A stretch of DNA of 64,000 nt from Malacoraja senta. Lineage: Eukaryota. The number at the start of each line of letters is the position of its first letter. Position 1 is the first letter of the stretch. The stretch is from contig CM076001.1 in NCBI GenBank assembly GCA_038087875.1, forward strand, positions 622,001 to 686,000. Direction: 5' to 3'. Both the position numbers and the translations under genes were made by a program. The notes below the pieces were generated by a model. That model worked only from the letters and a program-made list of their open reading frames with translations, had not been told where the DNA came from and searched no databases. Below are positions 27,201-40,074 of the stretch, one piece after another.

Positions 27201-28375
27201 CTAACTTCTACAGGCACAGTAGAGAGCATGCTGACTAGTTGCATCGTGGCTTGGTTCGGCAACTTGAGTGCCCAGGATCGGAAAATACTACAAAAAGTAG
27301 TAAACACTGCCCAGTCCATCATCGGCTCTGACCTCCCTACCATCAAGGGGATCTATCGCAGTCGCTGCCTCAAAAAGGATGGCAGCATCATCAAGGACCC
27401 GCACCATCCTGGCCACACACTCATCTCCCCGCTACCTTCATGTAGAAGGTACAGAAGCCTGAAGACGGCAACGTCCAGGTTCAGGAATAGCTTTCCCACA
27501 GCCTCAGGCTATTAAACTCAACTCAAACAAAACTCTGAACATTAATAGCCCAATATCAGTTTATTTGCACTTTATCTGTTTATTTATTCATGTGTGTATA
27601 AATTTATATAATGGTATATAAACACACTGATCTGTTCTGTATTCATGCCTACCATATTCTGTTGTGCTGAAGCAAAGCAAGAATTTAATTGTCCTATCTG
27701 GGGCACATGACAATAAACTCTCTTGAATCTTATTCGATACCTTGACTAGTGAAGGCCAATGTGCTGAAAGCCTTTTTCACCACCCTATCTATCTGTGACA
27801 CCACTTTCAAGGAACGATGCACCTGCACTCCTCAGTCCCTCTGCTCTAGTACACTCCCCAGGGCTCTGCCATCCACTGTTGTAGTTCCTGCCCTGGTTTG
27901 ACTTCCCATCACTTACCAACATTAAACTCCATTGACCATTTTTCAGACAACTTGACCAACTGATCAAGATCCTGCTTTAATCTTGGATAATCATAGAAAC
28001 ATAGAAAATAGGTGCAGGAGGAGGACATTTGGCCCTTTGAGCCAGCACCGCCATTCATTGTGATCTTGGCTGATCATCCACAATCAGTAACCCGTGCCTG
28101 CCTTCTCCCCATACTACTTGATTCCGCTAGCCCCCAGAGCTCTATCCAACTCATGGGTCTCCATCCAGCCCTATCTAACGTCATGTTTGCTATCAACAAT
28201 ACCACCCACTTTAGTGTCATCTGTAAATGGGCCCAGCACTGATCCCTGAGGCACACCACTAGTCACAGGCCTCCAGTCTGAAAAAACAACCTTGCAATAT
28301 CACCCTCTGCTTCCTTCCATGAAGCCAATTCTCTATCCAGTCAGCTAGCGCGCCCTGGATCCCGTGCGATCTGTG
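24250..28375 (-). mobile_element. CR1 fragment split by the Rex1 insertion (24250-24390, 27732-28375)
   Basis: LYKTLVGPHLEYYVQFW on minus; sequence resumes after the Rex1 tail. Confidence 0.7.
24394..27731 (+). mobile_element. Full-length Rex1/Babar LINE, frameshifted
   Basis: 5' AAGATGGCGCC, APE endonuclease 24711-25664 (FTETWL, GGGV, AGDFN, LD..Y, SDH), RT 26331-27238 (PQG, FADD), 3' stem-loop and CTTGA tail. Confidence 0.95.
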
Positions 28376-28747
28376 GGTCCATTGAGGCCCTTGAGACTTA
28401 ATATTGAATTTAACCATTTCAGGCCATCACCCATCTTTGTTCATTCTCCATAGTTTTTTTTGTTTGATTAATTTTACTTTCTCAAATCCTGTCTTTAAAG
28501 AATTTCCTTGACATCATTGGTTCACACCCAAATGCACTTTCATTCTCCATAACTCTTCCTAGATTCATGAATTGTTGCTAAGGACTCATAGACCATTTTT
28601 CTTCTGACTTCATACCACAGTGTCCCCAACTCTGGCCATTTGACCTGCCACTAGGAGGACCTCCGGCTAAAAGGTGTATATCCTGTCAATGTGCCTTGCA
28701 TCAAGCTGTCACATTACTACTCCATGGATCATCTCTCCTAGCTGGGA

Positions 28748-29885
28748 CATAGAAACATAGAAACATAGAAAATAGGTGCAGGAGGAGGCCATTCGGCCCT
28801 TCGAGCCAGCACCGCCATTCATTGTGATCATGGCTGATCGTCCCCAATCAATAACCCGTGCCTGCCTTCTCCCCATATCCCTTGATTCCACAAGCCCCTA
28901 GAACTCTATCTAAAGGGCCTGTCCCACTTGGCTGTCATTTGCGCCTCATTTATGCGTCATATGTAAAATAGGTCGACGCGTCGTGAAACGCGACGTCGCG
29001 CGCAAATCATGCGTCATCACGCCGAATACCATGCGGCGCGCAGCAGGATGTTGATGCACGGTGACGTAACCATGCGTCACCACGCAATGACGTGAGACGT
29101 CAGGACGCCAATGCGTCAGCAGATGGCGCGCGAGGATTTTGTTCCTGTACTAAATCCTGGAGCGCCGTGCGATACCGCGCGCCACCTCATACAATTCCAT
29201 GCCTCACCATGCGCAACACATGCGCACCCCACGCGCCACGACGCGTCGACTTAATTTACATATAACACATAAATGAGGTGCAAATGACGGCCAAATGGGA
29301 CAAGCCCTTTACTCTCTCTTAAATCCATCCAGTGACTTGGCCTCCACTGCCCTCTGTGTCAGGGAATTCCACAAATTCACAACACTCTGGGTGAAAAAGT
29401 TTTTTCTCACCTCAGTCTTAAATGGCCTCCCCTTTATTCTAAGACTGTGGCCCCCAACATTGGGAACATGTTTCCTGCATCTAGCTTGTCCAGTCCTTTT
29501 ATAATTTTATATGTTTCTATAAGATCCCCCTCATCCTTCTAAACTCTAGTGAACACAAGCCTAGTCTTTTCAATCTTTCCTCATATGGCAGTCCCGCCAT
29601 CGCAGGGATCAATCTCGTGAACCTACGCTGCACTGCCTCAATCACAAGAATGTCCTTCCTCAAATTAGGAGACCAAAACTGTACACAATACTCCAGATGT
29701 GGTCTTACCAGAGCCCTATACAACTGCAGAAAAATCTCTTTACTCCTATACTGAAATCCTCTTGTTATGAAGCCCAACATTCCGTTAGCTTTCTTCACTG
29801 CCTGCTGTACCTGCACGCCAACTTTCAGTGACTGGTGTACAAGGACACCCAGGTCTCACTGCATCTCCCCCTTACCTAACCTAAT
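28748..29885 (-). mobile_element. CR1 3' portion interrupted by a Harbinger MITE
   Basis: ORF 29517-29816 (LVRPHLEYCVQFWSP); (CATAGAAA)n tail at 28748. Confidence 0.88.
28914..29308. mobile_element. PIF/Harbinger-type MITE, family B
   Basis: TIR AGGGCCTGTCCCACTTGGC / GCCAAATGGGACAAGCCCT; inserted in a TAA of CR1. Confidence 0.85.
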
Positions 29886-30717
29886 CAGATGTTGGTGAGA
29901 AAGATTATCATGGGTGTGCCATCAACCTGTCCAGAGTTAACGCTGCTAATTTTCCATGGTCCAACTGCTTATTTGCGTTATATGTACTTGTAATGGTTTT
30001 CATGCAGGTGTGTGGCCCTCTGGGCTATTTCAAGAGCTTTTAAACTTCAGGCATTTTCCTGTGATCTGGAGTCATTAATTGGCAGCAGTGGGAGAGGTTG
30101 CTGAGTTTCCTTCCCCAAATTATGCAGACTATTTTTACACCCATCTGATCGAAACCCTTGTCTATACCCCATTACTGGTGCAATTTTCTGATTTTATGTT
30201 TATTTAAATAGTTAAAATTCAGTTCACGAGCTGTCATGGATGTCGTGCATTTGGAATATAAGACCAGACCTTTGCAGTCACATAACCTTACAACTCCAAA
30301 CCTCACAGTCATTTGCTGTCACATTTAGGATGTTTTTCACTGTTGGAAATATTCTAATTTAGAGGCCTGTCTCAAGTAATGATGAGTGTTTGGTGGCATT
30401 TGGCCTCTACTCACTGGAGTTTAGAAGGATAAGGGGGACCTCATCAAATCTTATTGAGTAGTGAAAGGCCTGGATAGAGTGGATGTGGAGAGAATATTTC
30501 CACTGGTGGGAAAGTCTAGAACCAGAGGACATAGCCTCAAGATAAAAGGAGGGGTCAAGGAAAGAGCGTTCACGTCGTAGCCCTGTTTCCACCAATCTTT
30601 CCACCACCACGAACAAGAAGCTCAAGAGTCACAAGAAGCGCAAGGCGTCATTGTATGCAGATGCCGAGAAATGTGTTCAGCACCGGCTGAAAAATTTCTA
30701 ATCTTGTGAGGTGGACA

Positions 30718-31397
30718 CAGAATCAGAATCAAAATGCCATTTATTAAACATAGGTTCAAACGAAATTACGTTCCTGCAGTCATAACAACAACAACAACAA
30801 AACACTCAATTAACACAGTTCCACACAAACATCCATCACAGTGAATCTCCAAACACCTCCTCACTGTGATGGACGGCAAAAGTCTGATCTCTTCCCTGTT
30901 CTCTGTTCTTTATTCTTCTCCCGCAGTCAAGCAGTCAAACTGCTGCATCCAGCTGATCGAGGCTCTTGATGTTAGAGCCCCCGGCGGGCGATGGTAAGTC
31001 CCGCGGCCGTTTAAGCCGCGCCGGGCGATGTAAGGCACCGATCCGGGTCGATTTAAACCCCTCGATTCGGGCGGTCGGAGTTTGCCGTTGCGGGAGCTCT
31101 GAAAAGCGGTCTTCCACTAGGGACCCGCGAGCTCCCGATGTTACCGTCCACAGGGCCTGCAACTGGAGCCTCCAAAGCTCCAAAGTCAGGTCGCAGCCTT
31201 GTGGCACCACAGCGCTCCACGCTCCGAAGTCAGCCAGCTCCTCGATGATGAGTCCGCAGGCTCTGCGACTGGAGCCCCAGGTTGGATACCGCCGGCTCCA
31301 TGATGTTAGGCCTCTACGACAAAGGAAACTCGACAAGGAAAAAGTCGGGTCCCCGAACAGGGAAGAGATTAAATAGTTTCCCCCACACCCCACCCCC
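30718..31397 (-). mobile_element. Unclassified GC-rich non-autonomous retroposon with (GATTCT)n tail
   Basis: Tail CAGAATCAGAATC and CGAAATT motif like other Rex1-type 3' ends; CpG-rich body without credible ORF. Confidence 0.45.
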
Positions 31398-31521
31398 CTC
31401 CATTCAATATCATCATGGCTGATCATCCAGAATCAGTACCCTGTTCCTGCTTTTTCCCCTTGATTCCGTTAGCCCCAAGAGCTATATCTAACTATCTCTT
31501 GAATACTTCTTGAATTTTGAA

Positions 31522-32772
31522 ATCTTCTTGAATTTTTTGAGGATGTGACAAGTAAAATGGATGAAGGGGTGCCAGTGGATGTAGTGTATCTAGACTTTTA
31601 GGAAGCCTTTGATAAGGTCCCGCACGGGAGAATGGTGACTAAAATTAGAGCACATGGTATTGGGGGTAGGGTGTTGACATGGATAGAAAATTGGTTGGCA
31701 GACAGGAAGCAAAGAGCAGGAGTGAACGGGTCCTTTTCAGAATGGCAGGCAGTGGCGAGTGGAGTGCCGCAAGGCTCGTTGTTGGGGCCTCAGCTGTTTA
31801 CCATATATATTAATGATTTGGAAGAGGGAATTAGGAGCAACACTAGCAAGATTGCGGATGACACAAAGCTGGGTGGCTGTGTGAACTGTGAAAAGGATGT
31901 TAGGAGGTTGCATGGTGACCTGGACAGTTTGAGTGAGTGGGCAGATGCGTGGCAGATGCAGTATAATATAGATAAATGTGAGGTTATCCACTTTGGTGGC
32001 AAAAACAATGGGGCAGGTTATTATCTCAATGGGGTTAGGTTAGGTAAGGGGTAGGTACAGTGAGACCAGGGTGTTCTTGTACACCAGTCACTGAAAGTTG
32101 GCATGCAGGTACAGCAGGCAGTGAAGAAAGCTTATGGAATGCTGGCCTTCATAACAAGAGGATTTCAGAATAGGAATAAAGAGGTTCTTCTGCAGTTGTG
32201 TAGGGCTCTGGGAAGACCACATCTGGAGTATTGTGTACAGTTTTGGTCTCCTAATTTGAGGAAGGACATCCTTGTGATTGAGGCAGTGCAACGTAGGTTC
32301 ACGAGATTGATCCCTGGGATGGCGGTACTGTCATATGAGGAAAGATTGAAAAGACTAGGCTTGTATTCACTGGAGTTTGGAAGGATGAGGGGGGATCTTA
32401 TAGAAACATATACAATTATAAAAGGACTGGACAAGCTACATGCAGGAAAAATGTTCCCAATGTTGTGCGAGCCCAGAACCAGGGGCCACAGTCTTAGAAT
32501 AAAGGGGAGGCCATTTAAGACTGAGGTGAGAACAAACTTTTTCACCCAGAGAGTTGTGAATTTGTGTAATTCCCTGGCACAGAGGGCAGTGGAGGCCAAA
32601 TCACTGGATGGATTTAAGAGAGAGTGAGATAGAGCTCTAGGGGCTAGTGGAATCAAGGGATATGGAGAAAAGGCAGGCACGGGTTATTGATTGGGGACGA
32701 TCAGCCATGATCACAATGAATGGTGATGCTGGCTCGAAGGGCCGAATGGCCTCCTCCTGCACCTATTTTTCT
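31522..32772 (+). mobile_element. CR1 LINE, 5'-truncated RT and 3' UTR
   Basis: ORFs 31632-32054 (SGVPQGS, IADDTKL) and 32103-32627. Confidence 0.92.
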
Positions 32773-33404
32773 ATTCTATTCTATATTCTACATCCAGTGA
32801 ATTGGCCTCCATTGCCTTATGTGGCAGAGAATTCCACAGATTCACAACTCTCTAGTCAAAACGTTTTTCATCAAAGTCTTAAATGGCCTGTGCCTTATTC
32901 TTAAACTGCAACCCATGGTTCTGGATTTTTCCTGCATCTAGCTTGTCCAATCCCTTAAGAATTTTACATGTTTATATAAGATCCCCTCTCGAGGCTCTCT
33001 TTGACCAAAGTGACAGGGATTTTCCCCAGTGATCACCACTAACTGTTAAAGTTTTCACTGCTTCAATGAATTATTTTAAAGTAGGACAAACAAACTCCAT
33101 ATTCATGTTTCCAAATCTCAATAAACTGCGAGGAATGGTTGCCTTGAAACTCATTCCCAGCTGTCAATGCTAAATAGCCTGCTCATCCTCTCCCTATAGC
33201 TCAGGCCCGCTAGTCCTGGCAACATCCTTGTAAATCTACTCTGCACCCCCTTTCCAGCTTGACAACTTATTTCCTATAACATAGTGAAATTGTACACATT
33301 ACTCTAAATGTGGCCTCGCCAACCATATGTCAACAACATGATGTCCCAACTTCTATACAATACATACTCTTTCTGTCTCTACAATTATTTGCACATGAAA
33401 CTCG

Positions 33405-33695
33405 AAATGCCAGAGACAGGGGTTTGATCTTGACTTCAGTACTTTGTACGTGGAGTTAGCATGTTCTCCCTGTGGCTGTGCGAGTTTCAGTGCTCCGGTT
33501 TCTTCCCACATCTAAAAGAAGTGCAGGTGCATAGGTTAATTGGGCTCTGTAAATTGCCCCTAGTATGTAGGGAGTGGATGAGAAAGTGGGATATCATACA
33601 ACTAGTGTGAACGGGTGATCGATGGATGGCGTGGACTCGATCGATGAGCCAAAGTGGTTCTTTCTACGCTGTATCATTAATTCTATTCAATTCAT
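33405..33695 (+). mobile_element. V-SINE, diverged
   Basis: V core GGAGTTAGCATGTTCTCCC. Confidence 0.7.
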
Positions 33696-33711
33696 AGATT
33701 TAGGGGTTTTT

Positions 33712-34109
33712 TTGTTTTAGAGATACAGCGTGGAAACAGACCCTTCAGCCCACCGAATCCACACCGACTATTATCCTATACATTATCCTAGACTCTAGGG
33801 ACTATTTACAGAAGTCAATTAACCTACTGTATACGAGAATTTTGCACAAGCAGTCTGTGACCCATAGCGCTGTGGCCATAACACTGTTTAAAGCCCATAG
33901 CGCTGCGGCTGGTGGTGCTATATTGAGAATCCATAGCGCTGCAGCCGACAGCTCTTTGTTTAAATTCCCACGCACTAAACTGACAGCGCTGTTTAAACCT
34001 TTGAGCGCCAAACCGGCAGCGCTGTGTGTATTGCTTTGCACACCAAGTCTGTAGCAATGTGTGTGGAGATATTGCTCATTACCCGAGTGGCAATCAGCGC
34101 CACAGATGG

Positions 34110-34140
<31 letters not shown>

Positions 34141-34485
34141 TGTGCTGCTGTAAGACGGACCCCATGCATACCAAGACAAGTATTCTTTGTGTTCTCTCGC
34201 TTGCCAATAAATCTGATGTGTTCATGCGACAAGTATTGAGACAAGTATTGTTTTTGTTCCCTCGTGCCAATAAAACTGATTTGTAACTAAACAGATGAGT
34301 GAGCCTTTTTCTGTTCTACTAGTCAGATCCTTGAACCTGTTCCCTTGTAACATCTACAAACTTGCACGTCTTTAGAATGTGGGAAGGAGCACTCAAAGGA
34401 AACCCATGCGGCCACAGGGAGAACGTACAAACTCTATACAAGCAGCACCCGTAGTCAGAATCGAACCTGGGTTTCTGTGCTGCAA
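33712..34485 (-). mobile_element. HE1-like V-SINE split by a solo LTR
   Basis: SINE reads through once 33828-34357 is removed (AATTAACCTAC AAACTTGCACG). Confidence 0.75.
33828..34352 (+). mobile_element. Solo LTR
   Basis: TGT...ACA termini with short imperfect inverted ends, 5-bp TSD CCTAC/TCTAC, two AATAAA signals. Confidence 0.75.
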
Positions 34486-34581
34486 ACTCTGAATTTTAAT
34501 TTCAATTTGCCAATGGTGCAACTCTTTCTCAAAGGCTGTAGATGCTAGATGCACTGAAGTTTCAGGATGAGATCATTCAAT

Positions 34582-35470
34582 AGGGAGGTTTCACGGCAGT
34601 CGGGTCACGACCCCATGACCCGTACTGTTGCTACGCTACGCCAAATGGATTACACGCGATGAACTGCGGGTAATCACTTACCATTATTTCCAGCGTAGCG
34701 GGCCCGTTAAAACCCACCGAAATTGTCAATTTTTGCGCTGTAAATAATTATGGAAATCGGGATAACCGTGGGAGACATTTAGCCAACTTCAGAATTCAAA
34801 AAGTGAGGAGAAATGACGGCAGATAGAAGCGAGAGCTGAAAGGGACAACAACCAAAGTGCTTGGCGAACATTGGCCGTTTGCTCACTGCATTTCATCAAC
34901 TAAGGCATTATTTGTGTTTTTTCTTGATTCCTTTGGCATCTAAAAAGTTTCTGAAGGGATAAATCTGGCTGTAAAATTTTAAAATCGCACGTGGTTCTCA
35001 AGTGGGTTTTTACATACAAAAAGAAAACGCCTCTGGAGCAAAATTTACAACCAGATTTACCACTTCTGAGACTTTTTAGATACCAAAGAAATCAAAAAAA
35101 AAAACAAATAATGCCTTACTGTTGATGAAATGCAGTGAGAAAAGGTGATAAATCCCAATATTTTCAATTCCGATATCTGCACGGCCAATGTTCGCCAAGC
35201 ACTTTAGCTGTTGTTGTCCCTTCAGCTCTCGCTTCTCTTTACCTTCACTTTTGGAATTCTGAAGTTGGGTACATGTCTCTCACACTTACCCTGACTTCCA
35301 CAAATTTTTACAGCGAAAAAATTCAACATTTTGGTGGTTTTTAACAGGTAGGAAAGTACGTGTTTCTTGCATTAATAACATATACCGGAAGTGACGGATG
35401 TCCTCCAGATGGATTGAGCGGCTCCCTGCGTCAAGCCCTATGACCTGGTGACCTTACATGCAACCCCCCT
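34582..35470. mobile_element. Non-autonomous DNA transposon with AT flanks (ISL2EU/PHIS-like) and long internal inverted repeat
   Basis: Imperfect TIRs AGGGAGGTTTCAC / ATGCAACCCCCCT flanked by AT; arms about 34703-34978 and 35041-35349 are reverse complements. Confidence 0.65.
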
Positions 35471-38469
35471 ATACAGTGTTGTCTGTTACATTGAACTGTG
35501 ATGTTGACATGATCTCTCTTGTGGATGAGCTCAAAGGGATAATAATCACCCCCCCACTGATATTTGTGAACCATGGACATGTTGTTCATTACCCAACGCA
35601 TCAGTAAAACGCATCAGTAGATAATCACAAACATTTTGATTTTATAACTCCAGCAGGCCAGTATTTTCCTGTGAAATAGTGTAACCAGCTATTCACAGTG
35701 TGCGCACAGCTATGTCCATGTTTTAATACCCCCAGGGTGGCAAGTCCGAGATTGAAGTTTACAGTGCAATTGTTTACTTACTGCACCATGGGATCCGACA
35801 CAGGTTGTTGCTTTTGCAGTCACTGGTGTCCCTCCCGCTGGTCCCAGACGCAAATCATATCTGAAATTGCGCAGCAGCCTCCGTGCTATTGATGGATATT
35901 CCTGAGCGGTGAATCAGGACCCCCTGCCTGCTGCACACAAGTCAATTCCTGAATGAAGCAGCAAAAGTAAGTAGAAGCTGAACTCGAAAGCAGCTGGGAT
36001 AAGAACATCAAGGAGGTAAGGTGACTCTGTGCACCGAGGAGGCTGACAGATCGCTTGGAAATAATAGATATACAAACCAGATTGTTATGAGAGAGCTTAA
36101 ACGTGAACTAGACCAAAGGAAACGGGGATGAGGTTGGAGGCCCTAATGCATATAGTGTAACAGCAGGGTGTACAGGGGAGCAAGCAGCTATGCAGTTGAT
36201 GGAAATGTCATGTTCCCTTCAACTCCTGCGAAATTTTACTGCAGAATATCCTTTTAAATTATAGTCTTTGTCAGTCGTTGGCTGAGAAGCTGGAGCCCTA
36301 CAATAGCAAACCACAGCTTGGGAGTGCAAGGAAAGAAATATGCTGCGTAGGCAGGTGCAGAAAAAAGCATGGTGCAAGGTGGGGCAGTGGATAAAAAAAT
36401 ATTACAGGTTGAAGGGCAGAGATGCTTGAAAAATAATGGTGGACAGCTGTAATGACATGGGCACATGTGTTGATGAGGGTGGGATCCAGGGATGGGAGTG
36501 ATGTTTCTGCCAGAAGGAAAATTCTGGGCCACGTTGGACAATCTTGCCTTTCTTCAGCCAGTGGATCCTTAGAAATAAACCCGGAAGGATCTTTTCCTCA
36601 TTGGAATTGAAAAGAATGAGAGGTGATCTTAAATAAAATATAAGGCATGTAATATTCAGAGGGAACTTCAGAGAGATGTTGCTGGGAGATTGTTTTCCCT
36701 AGTAGGTTGATCTGGACACATGGAACAAGCTTTCAGATTGAACATTGTCAACTTCAGCCAGAGATGAAGAGATTGGTAAATTGATGGATATCCATTCTGT
36801 AGGGATGTTACATGTAAAGGGGAAAAGATACAAGAGTGGAAATGAAGCCAAGATCAGATTGACCATAATCTTATTGAATGGTGGAGCATGTACAGCAACT
36901 CCGTGGCTGACCTGCTCCTGTCTTGTGTTTTCTTATGATCAGCTATATTTAGTCAGGTGCCCTAGTGTTGCTGGTTTACTGTGTATGTGTCTTAGGATGA
37001 GAAAGAGCCTACGGAGTTCCTCCCCAATCAATTCTTTGGAGCTTTCTGGGACATTCCTGCTCCATAAGACTCCAAGAATGACAATCAGTGGATGCAAAGT
37101 TTGCCACAGTGTTTATTGGGGAAAATGGTGCGGTGTCACTGATCTGACTGATTAACCATGTATGGACGTGGCTGAACATAACTTATTTCCAAATCACTTA
37201 TTTTTGAGAAGATCAATTAATCTACTGCAATCTGTTCAAATTAATTAACCCAGTTGTTTTTCTTATCATACACAAAATGATCAAGGCATGGTTTGTCTGA
37301 ACCTGTGTCCCAGGGAGTCTGAGTGACCCACACAGTCATTCGAGGGATGCAGTCGACATTTAATTTGCTGTCTGCATCTTGGACCGTGATGTCATCCAAT
37401 CTCACAATTCAAGCTCTTGTTTATTTCAAACGCTGACATGTATACCAAGCCAAAGTCAACAGTACATTGTGGAGCTCCATTAAAGATGATGCTGAACTTG
37501 TATTGAATGTGAGGCCTGGGTGGAAATGTTTGTTGTCAGTATGTATGTGCTGGACGACCTCTGATTCAACGCAGGGGGCCGATCCGTTTAGCCATATAAA
37601 TTAGACGTGCTCTTGGGTAAATGTTTAGGATTCCTTCACTTTACTGCCTTGGTATCTGCGTGCTGGGCTGACCTCAGGTCAACTAAGTTAGTACAAGGGA
37701 ATTGCGGAAGGTTGTAGAAAAAGTTATTAAATCCTAATAATGCTTTGCCTCCTTTGTGATTTAAAGCTGAACTTAATGGGATAGAAGGTTCATGCTGGCT
37801 ATTTTAGTAGCAATGCAGTGTGCAGGCTTGCAGCAATAGCTGGAGAAATTTGGAAGCTTAAATATAAATCAAGTGTATTTTGGGGAAGTCATTGTTTGTT
37901 GGATATGCATCATATATCAGCCGCTTATCTAAGCTAGGTTTTTGCAGAATTTCATATCTTAAAATATAATCTAATGCATGCAGAACAACAATTATCTGCA
38001 TTTATTATTAACAGAACATTCCACGCCTCAACAAATTCACAGATATGTGTGTAAGCAGAAAGGACTTTTGAAATAATTATTTGAATAATGTTGGGAAATT
38101 TGCTGTGCTACCAAGAACAAGAGAAGAGAACTTGGAAAATGGATTGGAGTTGATGTTGAATGCTGTCAATTGGAAATTATTAATGGTACTAACATTGTAG
38201 CCTATGGTAATTTTCATTTTTTAATTATCTTTCAGTAATCATTTTCCCTTTCTTCCCCCCTTTTTAGAACTAACACATCCCTTAAGTGAGCGAGTTGCCA
38301 TGAGTTTCCATGGATACGATCAATCCCACTCTTGGAAGAATTAAGACATAATCTCCCTGCCATTCTTTCTTCCTCTTTCCCTTTCGGGCAAACTAACCCT
38401 TTGAAGATCTTTCCATTAAATGCAGTGAGTTCCTGGTAGAAATTTTCTGTGATCACTCCTGCAATCACC

Positions 38470-38845
38470 GGCTGTCTGTACCGAGTTTGTACGATCTCCC
38501 CTTGACCGCGTGCGTTTTTTAGTTTTTAGTTTTAGAGACATAGCGTGGAAACAGGCTCTTCGGCCCTCCGGGTCCGCGCCAACAAGCGATCCCCGCACAC
38601 ACCGGGACAATTTTTACATTTACCAAGTCAATTATGCTACATACCTGTACGCCTTTTCTCCGAGATCTTCAGTTTCTTCCCACACTCCAAAGACGTACAG
38701 GTATGTACGTTAATTGGCTTGGTGTATGTGTAAATTGTCCCCAGTGTATGTAGGGTAATGTTAATGTATGGGGATCGCCACTCGGTGCAGACTCGTTGGG
38801 CAGAAGGGCCTGTTTCCGCTTTGTATCTCTAAACTAAGCTAAAGC
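38470..38845 (+). mobile_element. HE1-like SINE with an inverted partial SINE nested at about 38520-38652
   Basis: V core interrupted by reverse-oriented SINE 3' half. Confidence 0.75.
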
Positions 38846-39174
38846 AAAACTCTCCTTCTGTGGATGACCAAATTCATCATTCTCAAATCTTCTCAAATTC
38901 TTCAATAAATTGTGGGCGTTATTTTAATACCTTATTTTTAAGTTAGAAGTCATTGTGTATTTATCTCCTGGAAGTTTACCATTTAGTTCAATGGCTGTGG
39001 GACTCAGCAGGAAATCATCTCTAGTGGGCAGAGCATGGATTAGAAAGCAGGTCGTCTGGAGATGGGGGTAAACTTAGGATTCAGCTACTGGTTGAGCACA
39101 CAATGAATTGATTTTTCCCAATGGACAGCTAAAACACTGAGATAGAAAATTTCGCTCAGCCAGTAATGCCATTC

Positions 39175-39862
39175 TACAGAGTAGAAACAGGCCCTTCAGC
39201 CCAATTTGCCCACACCGGCCAACAAGTCCCAGCTACACAAGTCCCACCTGCCTGCATTTGGCCCGTATCCTTCCAAACCTGTCCAATCCATGTCCCTGTT
39301 GAACTGTTTCTTAAATGTCGGGATAGTCCCAGCCTCAACTACCTCCTCTGGCAGCTTGTTCCATACACCCACCACCCTTTGTGTGAAAGAGTTACCCCTC
39401 AGATTCCTATTAAATCTTTTCCCCCTCACCTTAAACCTATGTCCTCTGGTCCTCAATCCACCTACTCTGGGCAAGAGATTGTGCATCTACCCGATCTATT
39501 CCTTTCATGATTTTATATCCCTCATCCTTTTGCGCTCCAAGGAATAGAGTCCCAGCCTACACAACCTCTCCCTATATCACAGGCTCTCTAGTCCTGGCAA
39601 CATCCTCGTAAATCTTCTCTGTACACTTTCCAGGATAATGTCCTTTCTACAACATAGTGCCCAGAACTGCACACAATACTCTAAATGTGGCCTCGCCAAC
39701 GTCTTATACAACTGAGTGGCCTCCCAACTTCTATACTCAATACTCTGACCGATGAAGGCCAATGTGCCATAAGCCTTTTGATCATTCGATCGGCCTGTGA
39801 CTCCACCTTCAAGGAAGCATGAAATTGCACTCCTGGATCGTTCTGATCTACAACACTCCCCA
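39175..39862 (-). mobile_element. CR1 3' fragment
   Basis: ORFs 39196-39486, 39577-39867 (LARPHLEYCVQFW). Confidence 0.88.
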
Positions 39863-40074
39863 ATCATAATTTTTTTAATTAGCCGCTTAATTTTCTCTCT
39901 AACCTATGTTGCAGTTGTTTGACCAGTAAAATGTAATATTTTAATATGGTTGTAGATTTGCAGCCAATCTGCATTGAATGAGGCAAAATTGTCACAATAG
40001 TATTGAAATAACAGCTACAATCTGAAACGATTTTCTTCATGTTTCTTCTCCCACCAAAATTAAAACTATTTGAC

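Noticed and set aside
31522..31572. Overlap with the CR1 end before the gap (about 63005-63056), suggesting misassembly
   Set aside because: Several mismatches; explained by a high-copy CR1 subfamily
35820..36015. Possible exon ending at GAG/GTAAGG
   Set aside because: In-frame stop and no convincing acceptor or homology
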